The notes: generated by a model from the letters alone, not told the origin. A stretch of 64,000 bases of DNA from an uncultured Gammaproteobacteria bacterium (GCA_963748215.1 CAVVHS010000002.1:192001-256000); one strand, 5' to 3'. Positions 1-15,051 are shown, numbered from the stretch's first letter. Translations and numbers: made by a program.

Positions 1-309
1 CTGGTCATTCATCATCTCCACCTCGGCGCCGACTCGGTGAAACTCGGGGGGAACGTTATCCAGATCGTCGGTATAGGTCAGTTCCGGGTCATGCGCCCCG
101 AAGCCCTCCTCGGGGCTCAGCTCAACCGCGACGGTGTCGCCCACTACGCTGCCTTCCAGTTCCTGCTCGACCTTCTCGAACAGGTCGTGCGGCCCGCCGT
201 GGACGTAACTGATGGGGAGATCGGACTGCTCGATGACATTACCTGCCTGGTCAACGATCGAGTAGGTGAACGAAACCACCTTGTTGCGGCTGACGAACTG
301 TCCGGTCAT
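1..309 (-). CDS. SlyD-like FKBP-type peptidyl-prolyl isomerase (3' end outside window)
   Basis: Not in the ORF track. Manual translation from ATG 309 gives [77 protein letters not shown], matching the SlyD/FKBP pattern. The ATG overlaps the atpC stop (TGATG). Confidence 0.85.
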   Translation of the reverse strand, partial: MTGQFVSRNKVVSFTYSIVDQAGNVIEQSDLPISYVHGGPHDLFEKVEQELEGSVVGDTVAVELSPEEGFGAHDPELTYTDDLDNVPPEFHRVGAEVEMMNDQ

Positions 310-728
310 CAGCGTTTCTGGCGTAATTTGCGGATAGCAGCCAGCTGCGCCATGGACTCGGCCAGTTCAGCCTGGGCGCGGGCGTAATCGATGTCGGCGG
401 CCTTGTCGGACAGCATGCGTTCGGCACGCTCTTTGGCCTCCAGCGCCTGCGCCTCGTCGAGGTCATCGGCGCGGATGGCGGTATCGGCCAGCACGGTCAC
501 CATGTGCGGCTGTACCTCCAGCATGCCGCCGGATACATAGAACGACAGTTCTTCACCGTCCTGCGACTGCACCCGCACCTCGCCGGGCTTGAGACGCGTC
601 AGCAGTTGCGTGTGGCGCGGGGCGATACCGACCTCGCCCATCTCGGCTGGTGCGAATACCATCGTCGCAGTGCCCGAGTAGATCTCGGCCTCGGCACTAA
701 CGATATCGACATGCAGGGTCATTGCCAT
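309..728 (-). CDS. atpC: F1Fo ATP synthase epsilon subunit
   Basis: [19 protein letters not shown]...[10 protein letters not shown]...SGGMLEVQP. Confidence 0.97.
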   Translation of the reverse strand: MAMTLHVDIVSAEAEIYSGTATMVFAPAEMGEVGIAPRHTQLLTRLKPGEVRVQSQDGEELSFYVSGGMLEVQPHMVTVLADTAIRADDLDEAQALEAKERAERMLSDKAADIDYARAQAELAESMAQLAAIRKLRQKR

Positions 729-740
729 GATCTCGTACTC

Positions 741-2118
<1,378 letters not shown>

Positions 2119-2146
2119 GATGGTTTCCTCATAGCTTTAATCTTTC

Positions 2147-2213
2147 TGCAGGGTGCGCTGAGCGCACCGACTCATGTATTCACGCCTTGATGGTGCGCGT
2201 GGCGCACCCTACA
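2147..2213. repeat. REP doublet (REPIN-like, GTAG family)
   Basis: GCAGGGTGCGCTGAGCGCACC (2148-2168) and inverted GGTGCGCGTGGCGCACCCTAC (2192-2212; reverse complement starts GTAG). Each copy is a self-hairpin; spacer 23 nt. Confidence 0.8.
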
Positions 2214-2218
2214 AAAAA

Positions 2219-3079
2219 TTACACCGCCGCGGCGCCGCTGACGATCTCGGAAATCTCCTGGGTAATCGCGGCCTGGCGCGCCTTGTTGTAGATGAGTTGC
2301 AGCTCGTCGATCAGGTTGCCGGCGTTATCCGTCGCCGACTTCATGGCGACCATGCGCGCTGCCATTTCACAGGCAACATTCTCGACCACACCCTGGTAAA
2401 CCAGCGATTCGATGTAGCGGATCATCAGCGCGTCCATGACCGGCCGCGAATCCGGTTCGTAGATATAGTCCCAGTGCACCTTGAGCTGATCGTCCACTTC
2501 ACCGGCCACCGGGATCAGCTGATTGATCTCCGGCTCCTGGCTCATGGTATTCACGAACGTGTTGTGCACCAGGTACAGGCGGTCGATCTCGCCCGCCTCG
2601 TAGGCATCCAGCATCACCTTGACGGTACCTATCAGCTCGATGATCGACGGCTTGTCGCCGAGATGTGTCGCCGTAGAAACGATGTTGCCGCCCATGCGCT
2701 TGAAGAAGGAATTCGCCTTGGTGCCGATCAGGGTCAGGTCTATTTCCAGACCGGCCGCATTCCAATCCTTCATCGCCACGATGGCCTGCTTGAACAGGTT
2801 GATGTTCAGGCCGCCGCACAGGCCGCGATCGGTGGAGATAATGATCAGCCCGACGCGTTTCACCGGACGCTCGACCAGGTAGGGATGATGATATTCCGGG
2901 TGCGATTGCGCGACGTGTGAAATCACGTTCTGGATGCGCTCGGCGTAAGGGCGCGTGGCCAGCATGCGGTCCTGTGCCTTGCGCATCTTGCTCGCAGCCA
3001 CCATCTCCATCGCCTTGGTGATCTTCTGCGTGTTCTTGATGCTCGCAATCTTGGTGCGGATTTCCTTAGCGCCTGCCAT
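2219..3079 (-). CDS. atpG: ATP synthase gamma subunit
   Basis: [31 protein letters not shown]...[13 protein letters not shown]. Confidence 0.98.
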   Translation of the reverse strand: MAGAKEIRTKIASIKNTQKITKAMEMVAASKMRKAQDRMLATRPYAERIQNVISHVAQSHPEYHHPYLVERPVKRVGLIIISTDRGLCGGLNINLFKQAIVAMKDWNAAGLEIDLTLIGTKANSFFKRMGGNIVSTATHLGDKPSIIELIGTVKVMLDAYEAGEIDRLYLVHNTFVNTMSQEPEINQLIPVAGEVDDQLKVHWDYIYEPDSRPVMDALMIRYIESLVYQGVVENVACEMAARMVAMKSATDNAGNLIDELQLIYNKARQAAITQEISEIVSGAAAV

Positions 3080-3109
3080 GTCAGCTCTCTTTCGTTGCCT
3101 GCCCCGGGA

Positions 3110-4651
<1,542 letters not shown>

Positions 4652-4679
4652 AGTTGTTTACCTTGGATAAACCTTCAAT

Positions 4680-5216
4680 TCAGTGACTCAGCGCCGTGCC
4701 CAGGCGCTGCAGCTTGCCGCGCACGGAACCATCGATAACCAGGTCGCCGGCGCGAATGACGGCACCGCCCAGCAGTGCTGCGTCGGTCTTGCAGGTCAGT
4801 TCGACTTCACGTCCCAGTCGCTTGCGCAGACTCTCGATGATCAGTGCCTGCTGCGCCTCGCTGGCGGGATATGCCGTGGTCAGCTCTGCCTGCACGCGGC
4901 CCTCGGCCTTGCGGCGCTCGATCTCGAACAGCGCGGCGATATCCGGCAGCAACGCGAGCCGGCGGTTGTCCGCCAGCGCGCGCACGAAGTTGGCGCACTT
5001 TTCGTCGAGCCGGTCACCGCCGATGTCGACGATCAGGTCGGCCAGCTGTTTCTCGGTCAGGCGCGGATTATCGATCAGGACCCGCATGGCGGGATCGGCG
5101 GCGATAGCCGCGAGCAGCGCCAGCCTGTCCGACCAGTCCCTGAGCACCTGGTGCTCGCTGGCGAACAGGAACGCGGCCTGTGCGTAGGGGCGTGCAACGG
5201 TAAGTGTTTCGGCCAT
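4680..5216 (-). CDS. atpH: ATP synthase delta subunit
   Basis: TVARPYAQAAF...LLGGAVIRAGDLVIDGSVRG. Confidence 0.97.
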   Translation of the reverse strand: MAETLTVARPYAQAAFLFASEHQVLRDWSDRLALLAAIAADPAMRVLIDNPRLTEKQLADLIVDIGGDRLDEKCANFVRALADNRRLALLPDIAALFEIERRKAEGRVQAELTTAYPASEAQQALIIESLRKRLGREVELTCKTDAALLGGAVIRAGDLVIDGSVRGKLQRLGTALSH

Positions 5217-5225
5217 GGTCTGCGC

Positions 5226-5696
5226 CTACAGCTCCGCGGCCAGCTTGTTGAGCAGCTCGGCATGCGCGCTTTCGCTGACCTCGCGCTCCAGCACCTTGCC
5301 GGCACCGGCCAGGGCTATGGAAACGACCTGCCCGCGCAGGCTTTCCTTGACGCGGTTGACCTCCTGCTCGATCTCGGCCTGCGCCGCCGTCTTGATGCGG
5401 TCGCCCTCGGCACGCGCGTCGGTCTTGGCCTCGTCGACGATCTCGGCCGCGCGCTTGTCGGCACGGGTGATGATCTCGCCAGCCTGTGTCTTCGCCTCGC
5501 GCAGGATTTCCTGGGCACGTTGCTCGGCCAGTTCCTTCTCATGCCTGCCGCGTTCGGCCGCGGCCAGGCCATCGGCGATTTTCTTGCGGCGAACATCGAG
5601 CGCATTCATGATCGGCGGCCAGACAAACTTCATGCAGAACCACACGAACCCAATGAAGGTGATGGTCTGCCCGATCAGTGTCGCATTGAAATTCAT
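5226..5696 (-). CDS. atpF: ATP synthase Fo subunit b
   Basis: [29 protein letters not shown]; 156 aa. Confidence 0.97.
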   Translation of the reverse strand: MNFNATLIGQTITFIGFVWFCMKFVWPPIMNALDVRRKKIADGLAAAERGRHEKELAEQRAQEILREAKTQAGEIITRADKRAAEIVDEAKTDARAEGDRIKTAAQAEIEQEVNRVKESLRGQVVSIALAGAGKVLEREVSESAHAELLNKLAAEL

Positions 5697-5736
5697 GCTT
5701 GCACCTCAGTGTGGTAACAGTAGTTACAGACCGCTC

Positions 5737-5979
<243 letters not shown>

Positions 5980-6008
5980 CTAGAGTTGCGTGCTGTTCAA
6001 TATAAAAA

Positions 6009-7266
<1,258 letters not shown>

Positions 7267-7371
7267 ATTATCAACCTTTTTTTCAACAAGTTACGTGATA
7301 CCAGCTGGAAGATCATGCGCATAAGGGCGGTGCTGCGTATGAAAGAAAAACCGGCCATCAGGCAGCCGGAG

Positions 7372-7401
7372 ATTATAAGGACGGTCTATGGGAGGGGTCA
7401 A
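7372..7401 (-). promoter_or_regulatory. sigma70 promoter of the atp operon
   Basis: Minus strand TTGACC-N18-TATAAT, about 105 nt upstream of atpI. Confidence 0.7.
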
Positions 7402-7411
7402 TCAATTATGG

Positions 7412-8374
7412 CTAATGGATGTGCTCCAGGATCCCGTCCAGCTCGTCCAGGCTATTGTAGCTGATCTCCAGCTTGCCCTTGCCACCGCGTCCGGGCCGGA
7501 TCGACACGCCGGCACCGAGTTTGTCCGCCAGGTCGGTCTCCAGCTGGCGGATGTTCGGGTCCTTGCGCGGCGGCGGCGCCTTGCTGGCGCGTGGCTGCTG
7601 CAGTTGCTTGACCAGTCCCTCGGTGGCACGCACGCTCAGGCCGCGTGCGATCACCTGGCGTGCCGCCTCGATCTGGGCGGGGCCGGGCAGCGACAGCAGT
7701 GCGCGCGCATGGCCCATCTCCAGTTCGCCGTGCTCGACCATGGCCTTGACGGCATCGTCGAGGTCGAGCAGGCGCAGCAGGTTGGACACCGCGGCGCGCG
7801 AGCGCCCCACGGCCTCGGCGGCCTGCTCGTGGGTAAGGTCGAATTCGCGGATCAGCCGGTTGAGCGACTTGGCCTCTTCCATCGGGTTGAGGTTTTCGCG
7901 CTGGATGTTCTCGATCAGGGCAATGGCGATCGCGGCGCGGTCCTCGACATCGCGCACGATGGCAGGAATTTCGTGCAGGCCGGCCAGCTGCGCGGCACGC
8001 CAGCGCCGCTCGCCGGCGATGATTTCGTAGGCGTCACCGTCGATCCTGCGCACCACGATCGGCTGCAGCACGCCCTGGGCGCTGATGGAGTCGGCGAGGT
8101 CCTGCAACGATTCCTTGTGCATGTCGAGACGTGGCTGGTACTTGCCACGCCGGATGATATCGACCGGCAGCCTGCACAGGTCGCCATCGGCCGGTGCCGC
8201 CGGCGCCGTGTCCGTGGCAGCGGTCGTGTCCGGCGTCACGCGTACCGGCCAGGGGCCGGCCGCCGCCGGTTGCCGGGCAACCACCTCTGCCGGCGGTTCC
8301 GTTGACGCCGGGCGTGCACCCGAACCCAGCAGTGCATCCAGACCCCGACCCAATCCGCGTTTTTTAACTGCCAT
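7412..8374 (-). CDS. parB: Chromosome partitioning protein ParB
   Basis: KKRGLGRGLDALL N-terminus, GERRWRA CTPase motif, IENIQRENL, HTH. Confidence 0.96.
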   Translation of the reverse strand: MAVKKRGLGRGLDALLGSGARPASTEPPAEVVARQPAAAGPWPVRVTPDTTAATDTAPAAPADGDLCRLPVDIIRRGKYQPRLDMHKESLQDLADSISAQGVLQPIVVRRIDGDAYEIIAGERRWRAAQLAGLHEIPAIVRDVEDRAAIAIALIENIQRENLNPMEEAKSLNRLIREFDLTHEQAAEAVGRSRAAVSNLLRLLDLDDAVKAMVEHGELEMGHARALLSLPGPAQIEAARQVIARGLSVRATEGLVKQLQQPRASKAPPPRKDPNIRQLETDLADKLGAGVSIRPGRGGKGKLEISYNSLDELDGILEHIH

Positions 8375-8404
8375 GTGAATTACCGTCGCTTGTCAGACTG
8401 TCTA

Positions 8405-9241
8405 TTAATATTCCGTCGCATCGGAGGCGGCCGTTTCCTCCATTTCCTCTGCGACCGGCACCGTCGCGCCGATCGGTGAGTGGCGACGCAGGTATTCACC
8501 GGCCAGCGCGAGATAGGCAATGGCACCGCGCGAACTCTTGTCATAGCGCAGCACCGGCAAGCCGTGGCTGGGCGCCTCGGCCAGGCGCACGTTGCGCGGG
8601 ATGATGGTGCGATAGACCTTATCGCCGAAATGCTGCTGCAGCTGCGCGGACACCTCCATCGCGAGGTTGTTGCGCGCATCGAACATGGTGCGCAGCAGGC
8701 CCTCGATTTCGAGTTCCTGGTTGACCGCCACGCGCACCTGCTCCACGGTATCGAGCAGTGCGGACAGGCCTTCGAGTGCGTAATACTCGCACTGGATCGG
8801 TATGAGCACGCCGTGCGCGGCGGCCAGCGCATTCACCGTGAGCATGTTCAGCGACGGCGGACAATCGATCAGGATCATGTCGTAGTCGGCCTGCACATAA
8901 CTGAGCGAGGAGCGCAGGCGACGCTCGCGGTCGTCCCTGGCCATCAGTTCGACCTCGGCCGCGGTCAGGTCGGCATTGCCCGGCAGGATGTCGTAACCGG
9001 CCGCATCCGCGTGCACGATCGCGCTGCGTATATGGCAATGTCCGAGCAGCACATCATAACCGGTACGGCTGACCTCGTGCTTGTCGATGCCGCTGCCCAT
9101 GGTCGCATTGCCCTGGGCGTCGAGATCGATCAGTAACACGCGCCGGCCGGTTTCCGCGAGTGACGCGGCGAAGTTGACGCTGGTCGTGGTCTTGCCCACA
9201 CCGCCTTTCTGGTTCGTTACGGCGAGTATCCTGGCTGTCAT
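8405..9241 (-). CDS. parA: Chromosome partitioning ATPase ParA/Soj
   Basis: NQKGGVGKTT deviant Walker A. Start placed at ATG 9241 after GAGGAGG, overlapping the rsmG stop. Confidence 0.96.
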   Translation of the reverse strand: MTARILAVTNQKGGVGKTTTSVNFAASLAETGRRVLLIDLDAQGNATMGSGIDKHEVSRTGYDVLLGHCHIRSAIVHADAAGYDILPGNADLTAAEVELMARDDRERRLRSSLSYVQADYDMILIDCPPSLNMLTVNALAAAHGVLIPIQCEYYALEGLSALLDTVEQVRVAVNQELEIEGLLRTMFDARNNLAMEVSAQLQQHFGDKVYRTIIPRNVRLAEAPSHGLPVLRYDKSSRGAIAYLALAGEYLRRHSPIGATVPVAEEMEETAASDATEY

Positions 9242-9936
9242 GTGGCGGCCTCCTCTGTGCCGGCGGTTGCCTGCATGGCAACCACATGGCGCTCGGCGTC
9301 CAGTCCCGGTACTTTCAGTGCAATCACATCCGCACTCACGCCGGTGGCTTCCAGGCACTCGATTTCCGTCATCGGGTAAACACCCTTCATCGCCAGCATG
9401 TGACCCTCCGGCCGACACAGGTGTGACACGTAACGGTAGTAATCGGGCAGATCGGAAAACGCGCGGCAGATCGTCGTGTCGAACAGCATTTCAGGCTGGT
9501 AGTCCTCGATGCGGGAGTTGACCAGCGTGATGTTGTCGAGATTGAGTATGCCGAGTGTCTGCTGCACGAAGCGCAGTTTCTTGCTGCTGCTGTCGAGCAG
9601 CACGAATTCGCGCTCGGGACAGGCGATGGCCAGCGGGATACCCGGCAGACCCGCGCCCGTACCGACATCGAGCACGCGGTCGCCGCGCAGGTGGTCGACG
9701 ATCGACAGGCTGTCGAGGATGTGGCGCGTGATGATGTCCGCCGGCTTGCGCACAGAGGTCAGGTTGTAGACGCGGTTCCAGTTCATCAGCTCGGTGACGT
9801 ATTCCATCAACTGCTCGTCACCTCCGAGGCGCTCCTCCAGACCGAGCTCCAGGATCCCGTCCTCGAGCAACTCGCCGGGATCAACGTAGCCGCTGTTTTT
9901 CCCCTTGCGATTACGGTTGTAGAGTCCGGTATACAT
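9238..9936 (-). CDS. rsmG: 16S rRNA m7G527 methyltransferase
   Basis: WNRVYNLT, RHILDSL, LDVGTGAGLPGIPLA. Start placed at ATG 9936. Confidence 0.95.
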   Translation of the reverse strand: MYTGLYNRNRKGKNSGYVDPGELLEDGILELGLEERLGGDEQLMEYVTELMNWNRVYNLTSVRKPADIITRHILDSLSIVDHLRGDRVLDVGTGAGLPGIPLAIACPEREFVLLDSSSKKLRFVQQTLGILNLDNITLVNSRIEDYQPEMLFDTTICRAFSDLPDYYRYVSHLCRPEGHMLAMKGVYPMTEIECLEATGVSADVIALKVPGLDAERHVVAMQATAGTEEAAT

Positions 9937-9962
9937 ATCCTGCCTGTTGTGATTGTCGATTG

Positions 9963-11855
9963 TTACGCGCTCTTGCGTACCAGCCGGTTTTTCTTGATAT
10001 GTATCAGCAGCAGCGATATCGCCGCCGGCGTGACGCCCGGAATACGCGCTGCCTGGCCGATAGTCTGCGGTCTTGCATCCAGCAGCTTTTCGCATACCTC
10101 GCTGGACAGTCCACGTACCGCATTGTAATCGAATTCCAGCGGCAATGTTTGTTCCTGGTGGCGGCGCTGGCGGTCGATCTCGCCGGCCTGGCGATCCAGG
10201 TAGCCTGCGTACTTCGCCTGGATCTCGACCTGCTCGGCCACCACTGCATCGGCGACCGGCGGTCCCAGTCCCTCGACAGCAGTCAGCGTGCGGTAATCCA
10301 GCTCCGGACGGCGCAGCAGGTCAGCGGCGAACTGCTCGCGGGCCAGCGGCTTGTCCAGCAGGCCGGCGACGGCGCGGCCAGCCGTGCTGTCCGGCCGCAC
10401 CAGCACGGCCGCAAGACGCTGCTGCTCCTGTTCGATGGCCATGCGCTTGGTGCGGAACGCCGACCAGTGCACGTCGTCTACCAGGCCCAGGCGGTGGCCC
10501 GTTTCGGTCAGCCGCAGGTCGGCATTGTCCTGGCGCAGCGACAGCCGGTATTCAGCGCGACTGGTGAACATGCGATAGGGTTCGCCGGTACCGCGCGTCA
10601 CCAGGTCGTCGATGAGCACGCCGATATAGGCCTGCTCGCGGCCCGGCGTCCAGGGTTCGTTGTCCTGCGCCTGGCGCGCGGCATTCAGACCGGCGATCAG
10701 TCCCTGGGCGGCGGCCTCCTCGTAGCCGGTGGTGCCGTTGATCTGGCCGGCAAAGAACAGGCCGTCGATGACCTTGGTCTCGAGCGAATATTTCAGATCG
10801 CGCGGATCGAAGAAATCATATTCGATGGCGTAGCCGGGGCGGGTGATATGCGCGCGCTCGAAACCGGCAATGGAGTGCACCAGTGCCAGCTGCACATCAT
10901 AGGACAGGCTGGTGGAAATGCCGTTCGGATAGACCTCGTGCGTATCCAGACCTTCCGGTTCGATGAAAATCTGGTGCGAGTCGCGATCGGCAAAGCGCAC
11001 CACCTTGTCCTCGATGGACGGGCAATAGCGCGGACCGGTGCCCTCGATCGCACCGCTGTACAGCGGTGAATCGTCAAGACCGTCGCGGATGATGTCGTGG
11101 GTGTGTGTATTGGTACGGGTAATGTGACAGCAGACCTGGCGCGGGTGGTCTGCCGCGCTGCCCAGGAACGACATCACCGGGAGCGGCTCGTCACCGGGTT
11201 GCGCCTGCAACTGGCGGTAGTCGATGCTGCGCCCGTCGATGCGCGGCGGCGTGCCGGTCTTGAGGCGCGCGACCCGCAACGGCAGTTCGCGCAGGCGCCG
11301 GGCCAGGGCGTTGGCCGGCGGGTCCCCGGCCCGGCCACCCGCATAGCTGCTCGGGCCGATATGAATGCGCCCGCCGAGGAAAGTGCCGACCGTCAGCACC
11401 ACGCAGCGGGCATGAAAACGCAGGCCCATCGCCGTCAGCACGCCGGTGACACGGCCGCCCTCGACGATCAGGTCCTCGACCGCCTGCTGAAACAGCTGCA
11501 GTCCCGGCTGGTGCTCCAGGGTATGTCGCACCGCGCGCCGGTACAGCACCCGGTCGGCCTGGGCACGCGTGGCCCGCACCGCGGGCCCCTTGCTGGCATT
11601 CAGCACGCGAAACTGGATGCCGGCCAGGTCGGTGGCCCGCGCCATCACGCCGCCCAGCGCATCGATCTCGCGCACCAGGTGGCTCTTGCCGATGCCGCCG
11701 ATCGCCGGGTTGCAGCTCATCTGGCCCAGCGTTTCCAGGTTATGCGTCAGCAGCAGCGTGCGCGCACCCAGCCGGGCCGCCGCCAGTGCCGCCTCGGTGC
11801 CGGCATGGCCGCCGCCAACCACGATGACGTCATAGTGTGCCGGGTCTGCGCTCAC
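9963..11855 (-). CDS. mnmG: tRNA uridine-5-carboxymethylaminomethyl synthesis enzyme MnmG (GidA)
   Basis: [48 protein letters not shown]. Confidence 0.98.
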   Translation of the reverse strand: MSADPAHYDVIVVGGGHAGTEAALAAARLGARTLLLTHNLETLGQMSCNPAIGGIGKSHLVREIDALGGVMARATDLAGIQFRVLNASKGPAVRATRAQADRVLYRRAVRHTLEHQPGLQLFQQAVEDLIVEGGRVTGVLTAMGLRFHARCVVLTVGTFLGGRIHIGPSSYAGGRAGDPPANALARRLRELPLRVARLKTGTPPRIDGRSIDYRQLQAQPGDEPLPVMSFLGSAADHPRQVCCHITRTNTHTHDIIRDGLDDSPLYSGAIEGTGPRYCPSIEDKVVRFADRDSHQIFIEPEGLDTHEVYPNGISTSLSYDVQLALVHSIAGFERAHITRPGYAIEYDFFDPRDLKYSLETKVIDGLFFAGQINGTTGYEEAAAQGLIAGLNAARQAQDNEPWTPGREQAYIGVLIDDLVTRGTGEPYRMFTSRAEYRLSLRQDNADLRLTETGHRLGLVDDVHWSAFRTKRMAIEQEQQRLAAVLVRPDSTAGRAVAGLLDKPLAREQFAADLLRRPELDYRTLTAVEGLGPPVADAVVAEQVEIQAKYAGYLDRQAGEIDRQRRHQEQTLPLEFDYNAVRGLSSEVCEKLLDARPQTIGQAARIPGVTPAAISLLLIHIKKNRLVRKSA

Positions 11856-11950
11856 GTTGATTCCCCCTTATACAGAAGCCGGGATTCTACGCCCCGCGCG
11901 AAAAAGCTGGCAATGCGCAGGCCGCGGACGCTACTTTGCCGCCTGACCAT

Positions 11951-11976
11951 GATAACTATATATCGATAACTATATA
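11951..11976. repeat. 12-bp direct repeat in an AT-rich divergent promoter region
   Basis: GATAACTATATA at 11951-11962 and 11965-11976. Confidence 0.7.
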
Positions 11977-12029
11977 ATGGAATATATTGTGATAGACTAC
12001 GCCGGATTTCACCATATAGGGTAGATTGG

Positions 12030-12617
12030 ATGAGACTTCTTGAGCTCAGGGGTAACGAAGGCGATGCCGACCCCAAGCGCACCGGCATGCTGAACAAGCC
12101 GGACAGGAAGCCAGCCATGGAGGCGCACGTCCTGAAGCGGCCGGTCAAGGTCAAGAAATCCCCGGCGGACACCAGGGTTTTTCCGATCAATGCACCCCCT
12201 GCGGAGAAGCCGGCACGCCGCCGGCCGATCGACCTGGAGCAGCTGCAGCGACGCATCGAGGAGCTGGAGCGCCGCATCCAGGAACGCATCCGCAACCAGT
12301 CCCAGAGTGCGGCTGCCCAGCCGGCAAACCAGGAACTGGAACAACTCCGGCAGCGCATGAAACTGCTCGAGCGGCGGGTCGAAGGGGAGTTGTGGTCGGC
12401 CAAACAGCGCGAGCACAGTCTGCTGGAAATGCTGGCACGGCCGCCCTTCCAGACCCTGGTGAAACAGCATTGCACACGCTTCCTGCGCACCGCGCCCCTC
12501 GCGACCCTGCGCTGCCTGCACTCCGCCTGGCTGGCCTGGTGGGAAGATGCCCAGCCCATGTGGTGGCCACGCTTCGCCGCTGCCTGGCACGAAGCCCTCG
12601 CGCGCGCGCGCCACTGA
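12030..12617 (+). CDS. Hypothetical coiled-coil protein with a Trp-rich C-terminus
   Basis: Fills the gap between mnmG and the TetR gene; heptad helices (LEQLQRRIEELERRI). Start may be 12087. Confidence 0.7.
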   Translation: MRLLELRGNEGDADPKRTGMLNKPDRKPAMEAHVLKRPVKVKKSPADTRVFPINAPPAEKPARRRPIDLEQLQRRIEELERRIQERIRNQSQSAAAQPANQELEQLRQRMKLLERRVEGELWSAKQREHSLLEMLARPPFQTLVKQHCTRFLRTAPLATLRCLHSAWLAWWEDAQPMWWPRFAAAWHEALARARH

Positions 12618-12647
12618 CCGCCACTGCGGCGGCCCGCCACGTGCGGG

Positions 12648-13316
12648 CTACTTGGCCGCAACGCTGCGCAACCCCGCCCATAACAGCGACAGCTGCTGAC
12701 GGTACATGGCACCGATCGCGGCCGGGTTGGCATGCTGCATGGCCAGCGGCACGCCGTAGAAAATCGACACCAGCGCCACCATGGCCGCCGCGATCGCGGT
12801 GTTCTCCGGCAACTCGCCCTGGTCGATGGCCGCCTGCAGCGAATTTCTCAGCAAGGCTTCCAGGCTGTCGTCCGACAGCTGGTCGATGCCGTCGAGGTCG
12901 GAGAACGCGATCATGCGCTCGGCCGGCGTGATCTCGATGCCCGGGGTGCGTTCGCGCGCCCGCGCCTCGTGGGCGATGATCTCGCCCATCAACCCGGGCT
13001 TCTTCTGGATCTGGATCGATGTGTAGCGAAACAGCGCCTCGATCACCGCGATCCCCGTTTGCTGCTGCGCGGCCTGTCGGCCGTACCAGTTCAGTTCCAG
13101 CGTCCAGAGCCGGTCCAGGTAGATGATGAGATCTTCCTTGCGCGGGAAGTAATTGAAGAAGGTTGCCTCGGATACCTGGACGCGCTCGCACAGGTTCCTG
13201 ACCGACAGCGTCTCGAACGAGGCCGCTTCCAGATGCCGGGTAGCGGCTTCCGCCAGGGCCAGCCGGGTACGCGCAAATTTACGTTCGCGCAGCGAGGGAC
13301 GTGCCGCCTCAGCCAT
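12648..13316 (-). CDS. TetR/AcrR family transcriptional regulator
   Basis: LRERKFARTR...LSVRNLCERVQVSEATFFNYFPRKEDL HTH. Confidence 0.92.
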   Translation of the reverse strand: MAEAARPSLRERKFARTRLALAEAATRHLEAASFETLSVRNLCERVQVSEATFFNYFPRKEDLIIYLDRLWTLELNWYGRQAAQQQTGIAVIEALFRYTSIQIQKKPGLMGEIIAHEARARERTPGIEITPAERMIAFSDLDGIDQLSDDSLEALLRNSLQAAIDQGELPENTAIAAAMVALVSIFYGVPLAMQHANPAAIGAMYRQQLSLLWAGLRSVAAK

Positions 13317-13517
13317 AATCTAAGGTTCTCCCTAATTTTATATAAATATCTATATCCATAACATATTGTTTACTCGAAGTAATTCCCGATTCGCTCCCGG
13401 CCCGGGTCTATTCAGGGAAAACACATAATTTAACCGGGGAAATACCTGGAAAACCGGGAAATCAGCCCGCCGTGACCGAGTCTCAGGCACACGCCACGCG
13501 GGTTTCACACAATATTT

Positions 13518-13558
13518 TCAATATAATCATATTGATATATTATTTACAGAATAATATA
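13518..13558. promoter_or_regulatory. Two adjacent AT-rich palindromes, candidate operator upstream of the TetR gene
   Basis: TCAATAT-AATC-ATATTGA (13518-13535) and TATATTATT-TACAG-AATAATATA (13536-13558). Confidence 0.4.
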
Positions 13559-13695
13559 AATTTGGTCATTCGAATAATAATTGCAGACGCGCCGCGCACT
13601 GTACGGTATGCATGAATAACGGTCAACCGGAAATTTTGTGCCCGCTCTATTTTTATTCACTCAGGGCAGAAAACCGGGCCGAGTACCCCGCAGCA

Positions 13696-15051
13696 TTATT
13701 TGCCGATGCAGAAGCTGCTGAAGATCATCCCCAGCAGGTCATCGCTGCTGACCTCGCCGGTGATTTCGCCCAGCACCTGCTGGGCGGTGCGCAGTTCTTC
13801 CGCCAGCAACTCGCCGGCATGCTGTTCCTCGAGTTGCCGCACGCCGTCCAGCACATGCGCCCGGGCACGCTCCAGGGCATCGAGGTGGCGGCGGCGGGCG
13901 CTGAATTCGCCTTCACCCGACCCGGAAAACCCGGCGACCTGCCGAAGGTGGGCACGCAGGTCGTCGAGGCCGGCCCCGCTGAGCAGCGACAGGGAGACGG
14001 CTGCCTGTCCGTCCGCCTCGAACGGTCCAGGCGGTCGGCCACTCAGGTCCGCCTTGTTATGGATGCGGGTATGCGGCACCCCGGCCGGCAGGCCGGCGAG
14101 GATGGCGGCATCGGCGGCTGTGAAACCGGCCTGGTCGTCGATCACCAGCAGCACGCGGTCGGCCTGCGCCATGGCCTGCCGGGCACGCTGCATGCCTGCC
14201 TGTTCGACCGGGTCGGTGCTGTCGTGCAGCCCCGCGGTATCGATGAGGTGCAGCGGCATGCCGTCGAGCTGGATCTGTTCGCGCAACACATCGCGGGTGG
14301 TGCCCGGGATCGCGGTCACGATGGCGGACTCGCGTTCCGACAGGGCATTCAGCAGGCTGGACTTGCCGGCGTTCGGGCGACCCGCGATGACCAGGGTCAG
14401 CCCGTCGCGCAACAGCCGGCCCTGGCGCGCGCGTGCCAGCAGTTCGTCGAGCGCCGCACGCAGCGCCTGCAAGCCCTGCTGCAGGCCACTGTCCGAGAGA
14501 AAGTCGATTTCCTCTTCCGGAAAATCGATAGCCGACTCGACGTACATGCGCAACTGCGTCAGCTGTGCGGTGAGGGCGTGGACCTGGCGGGAAAACTCGC
14601 CCTGCAGGGAACGTACCGCGGCGCGCGCGGCCTGGGCGGTGCCGCTTTCGATCAGGTCCGCGATCGCCTCGGCCTGGACCAGGTCGAGCTTGTCGTTGAG
14701 AAAGGCGCGTTCGGAGAATTCACCGGCACGTGCGGCACGTGCGCCGAGTTGCAGCACGCGTGCCAGCAACAGGTCGAGCACCACCGGACCGCCGTGGCCG
14801 TGCAGCTCCAGCACAGGCTCGCCGGTGAAGGAGGCGGGCGCGGCGAAATACAGCGCGAGCCCGGTATCGATCAGCGTGCCATCGGCATCGCGGAAATCGC
14901 GCAGCACGGCCCGGCGCGGTGCCGGCAGGCTGCCGAGCAACCGGCGTGCGATGTCCGGCACGTTCGGTCCGGACAGGCGCACGATACCGACGCCGCCCGG
15001 GCCGGGTGGTGTGGCAATAGCGGCAATGGTATCCGGCGCGGCACGTGGCAT
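13696..15051 (-). CDS. mnmE: tRNA modification GTPase MnmE
   Basis: [30 protein letters not shown]-terminal FCIGK. Confidence 0.98.
   Translation of the reverse strand: MPRAAPDTIAAIATPPGPGGVGIVRLSGPNVPDIARRLLGSLPAPRRAVLRDFRDADGTLIDTGLALYFAAPASFTGEPVLELHGHGGPVVLDLLLARVLQLGARAARAGEFSERAFLNDKLDLVQAEAIADLIESGTAQAARAAVRSLQGEFSRQVHALTAQLTQLRMYVESAIDFPEEEIDFLSDSGLQQGLQALRAALDELLARARQGRLLRDGLTLVIAGRPNAGKSSLLNALSERESAIVTAIPGTTRDVLREQIQLDGMPLHLIDTAGLHDSTDPVEQAGMQRARQAMAQADRVLLVIDDQAGFTAADAAILAGLPAGVPHTRIHNKADLSGRPPGPFEADGQAAVSLSLLSGAGLDDLRAHLRQVAGFSGSGEGEFSARRRHLDALERARAHVLDGVRQLEEQHAGELLAEELRTAQQVLGEITGEVSSDDLLGMIFSSFCIGK

Noticed and set aside
13317-13695. oriC in the mnmG-mnmE interval, as in enterics
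   Set aside because: AT-rich but without good DnaA boxes or GATC clusters; the dnaA-dnaN gap fits much better.
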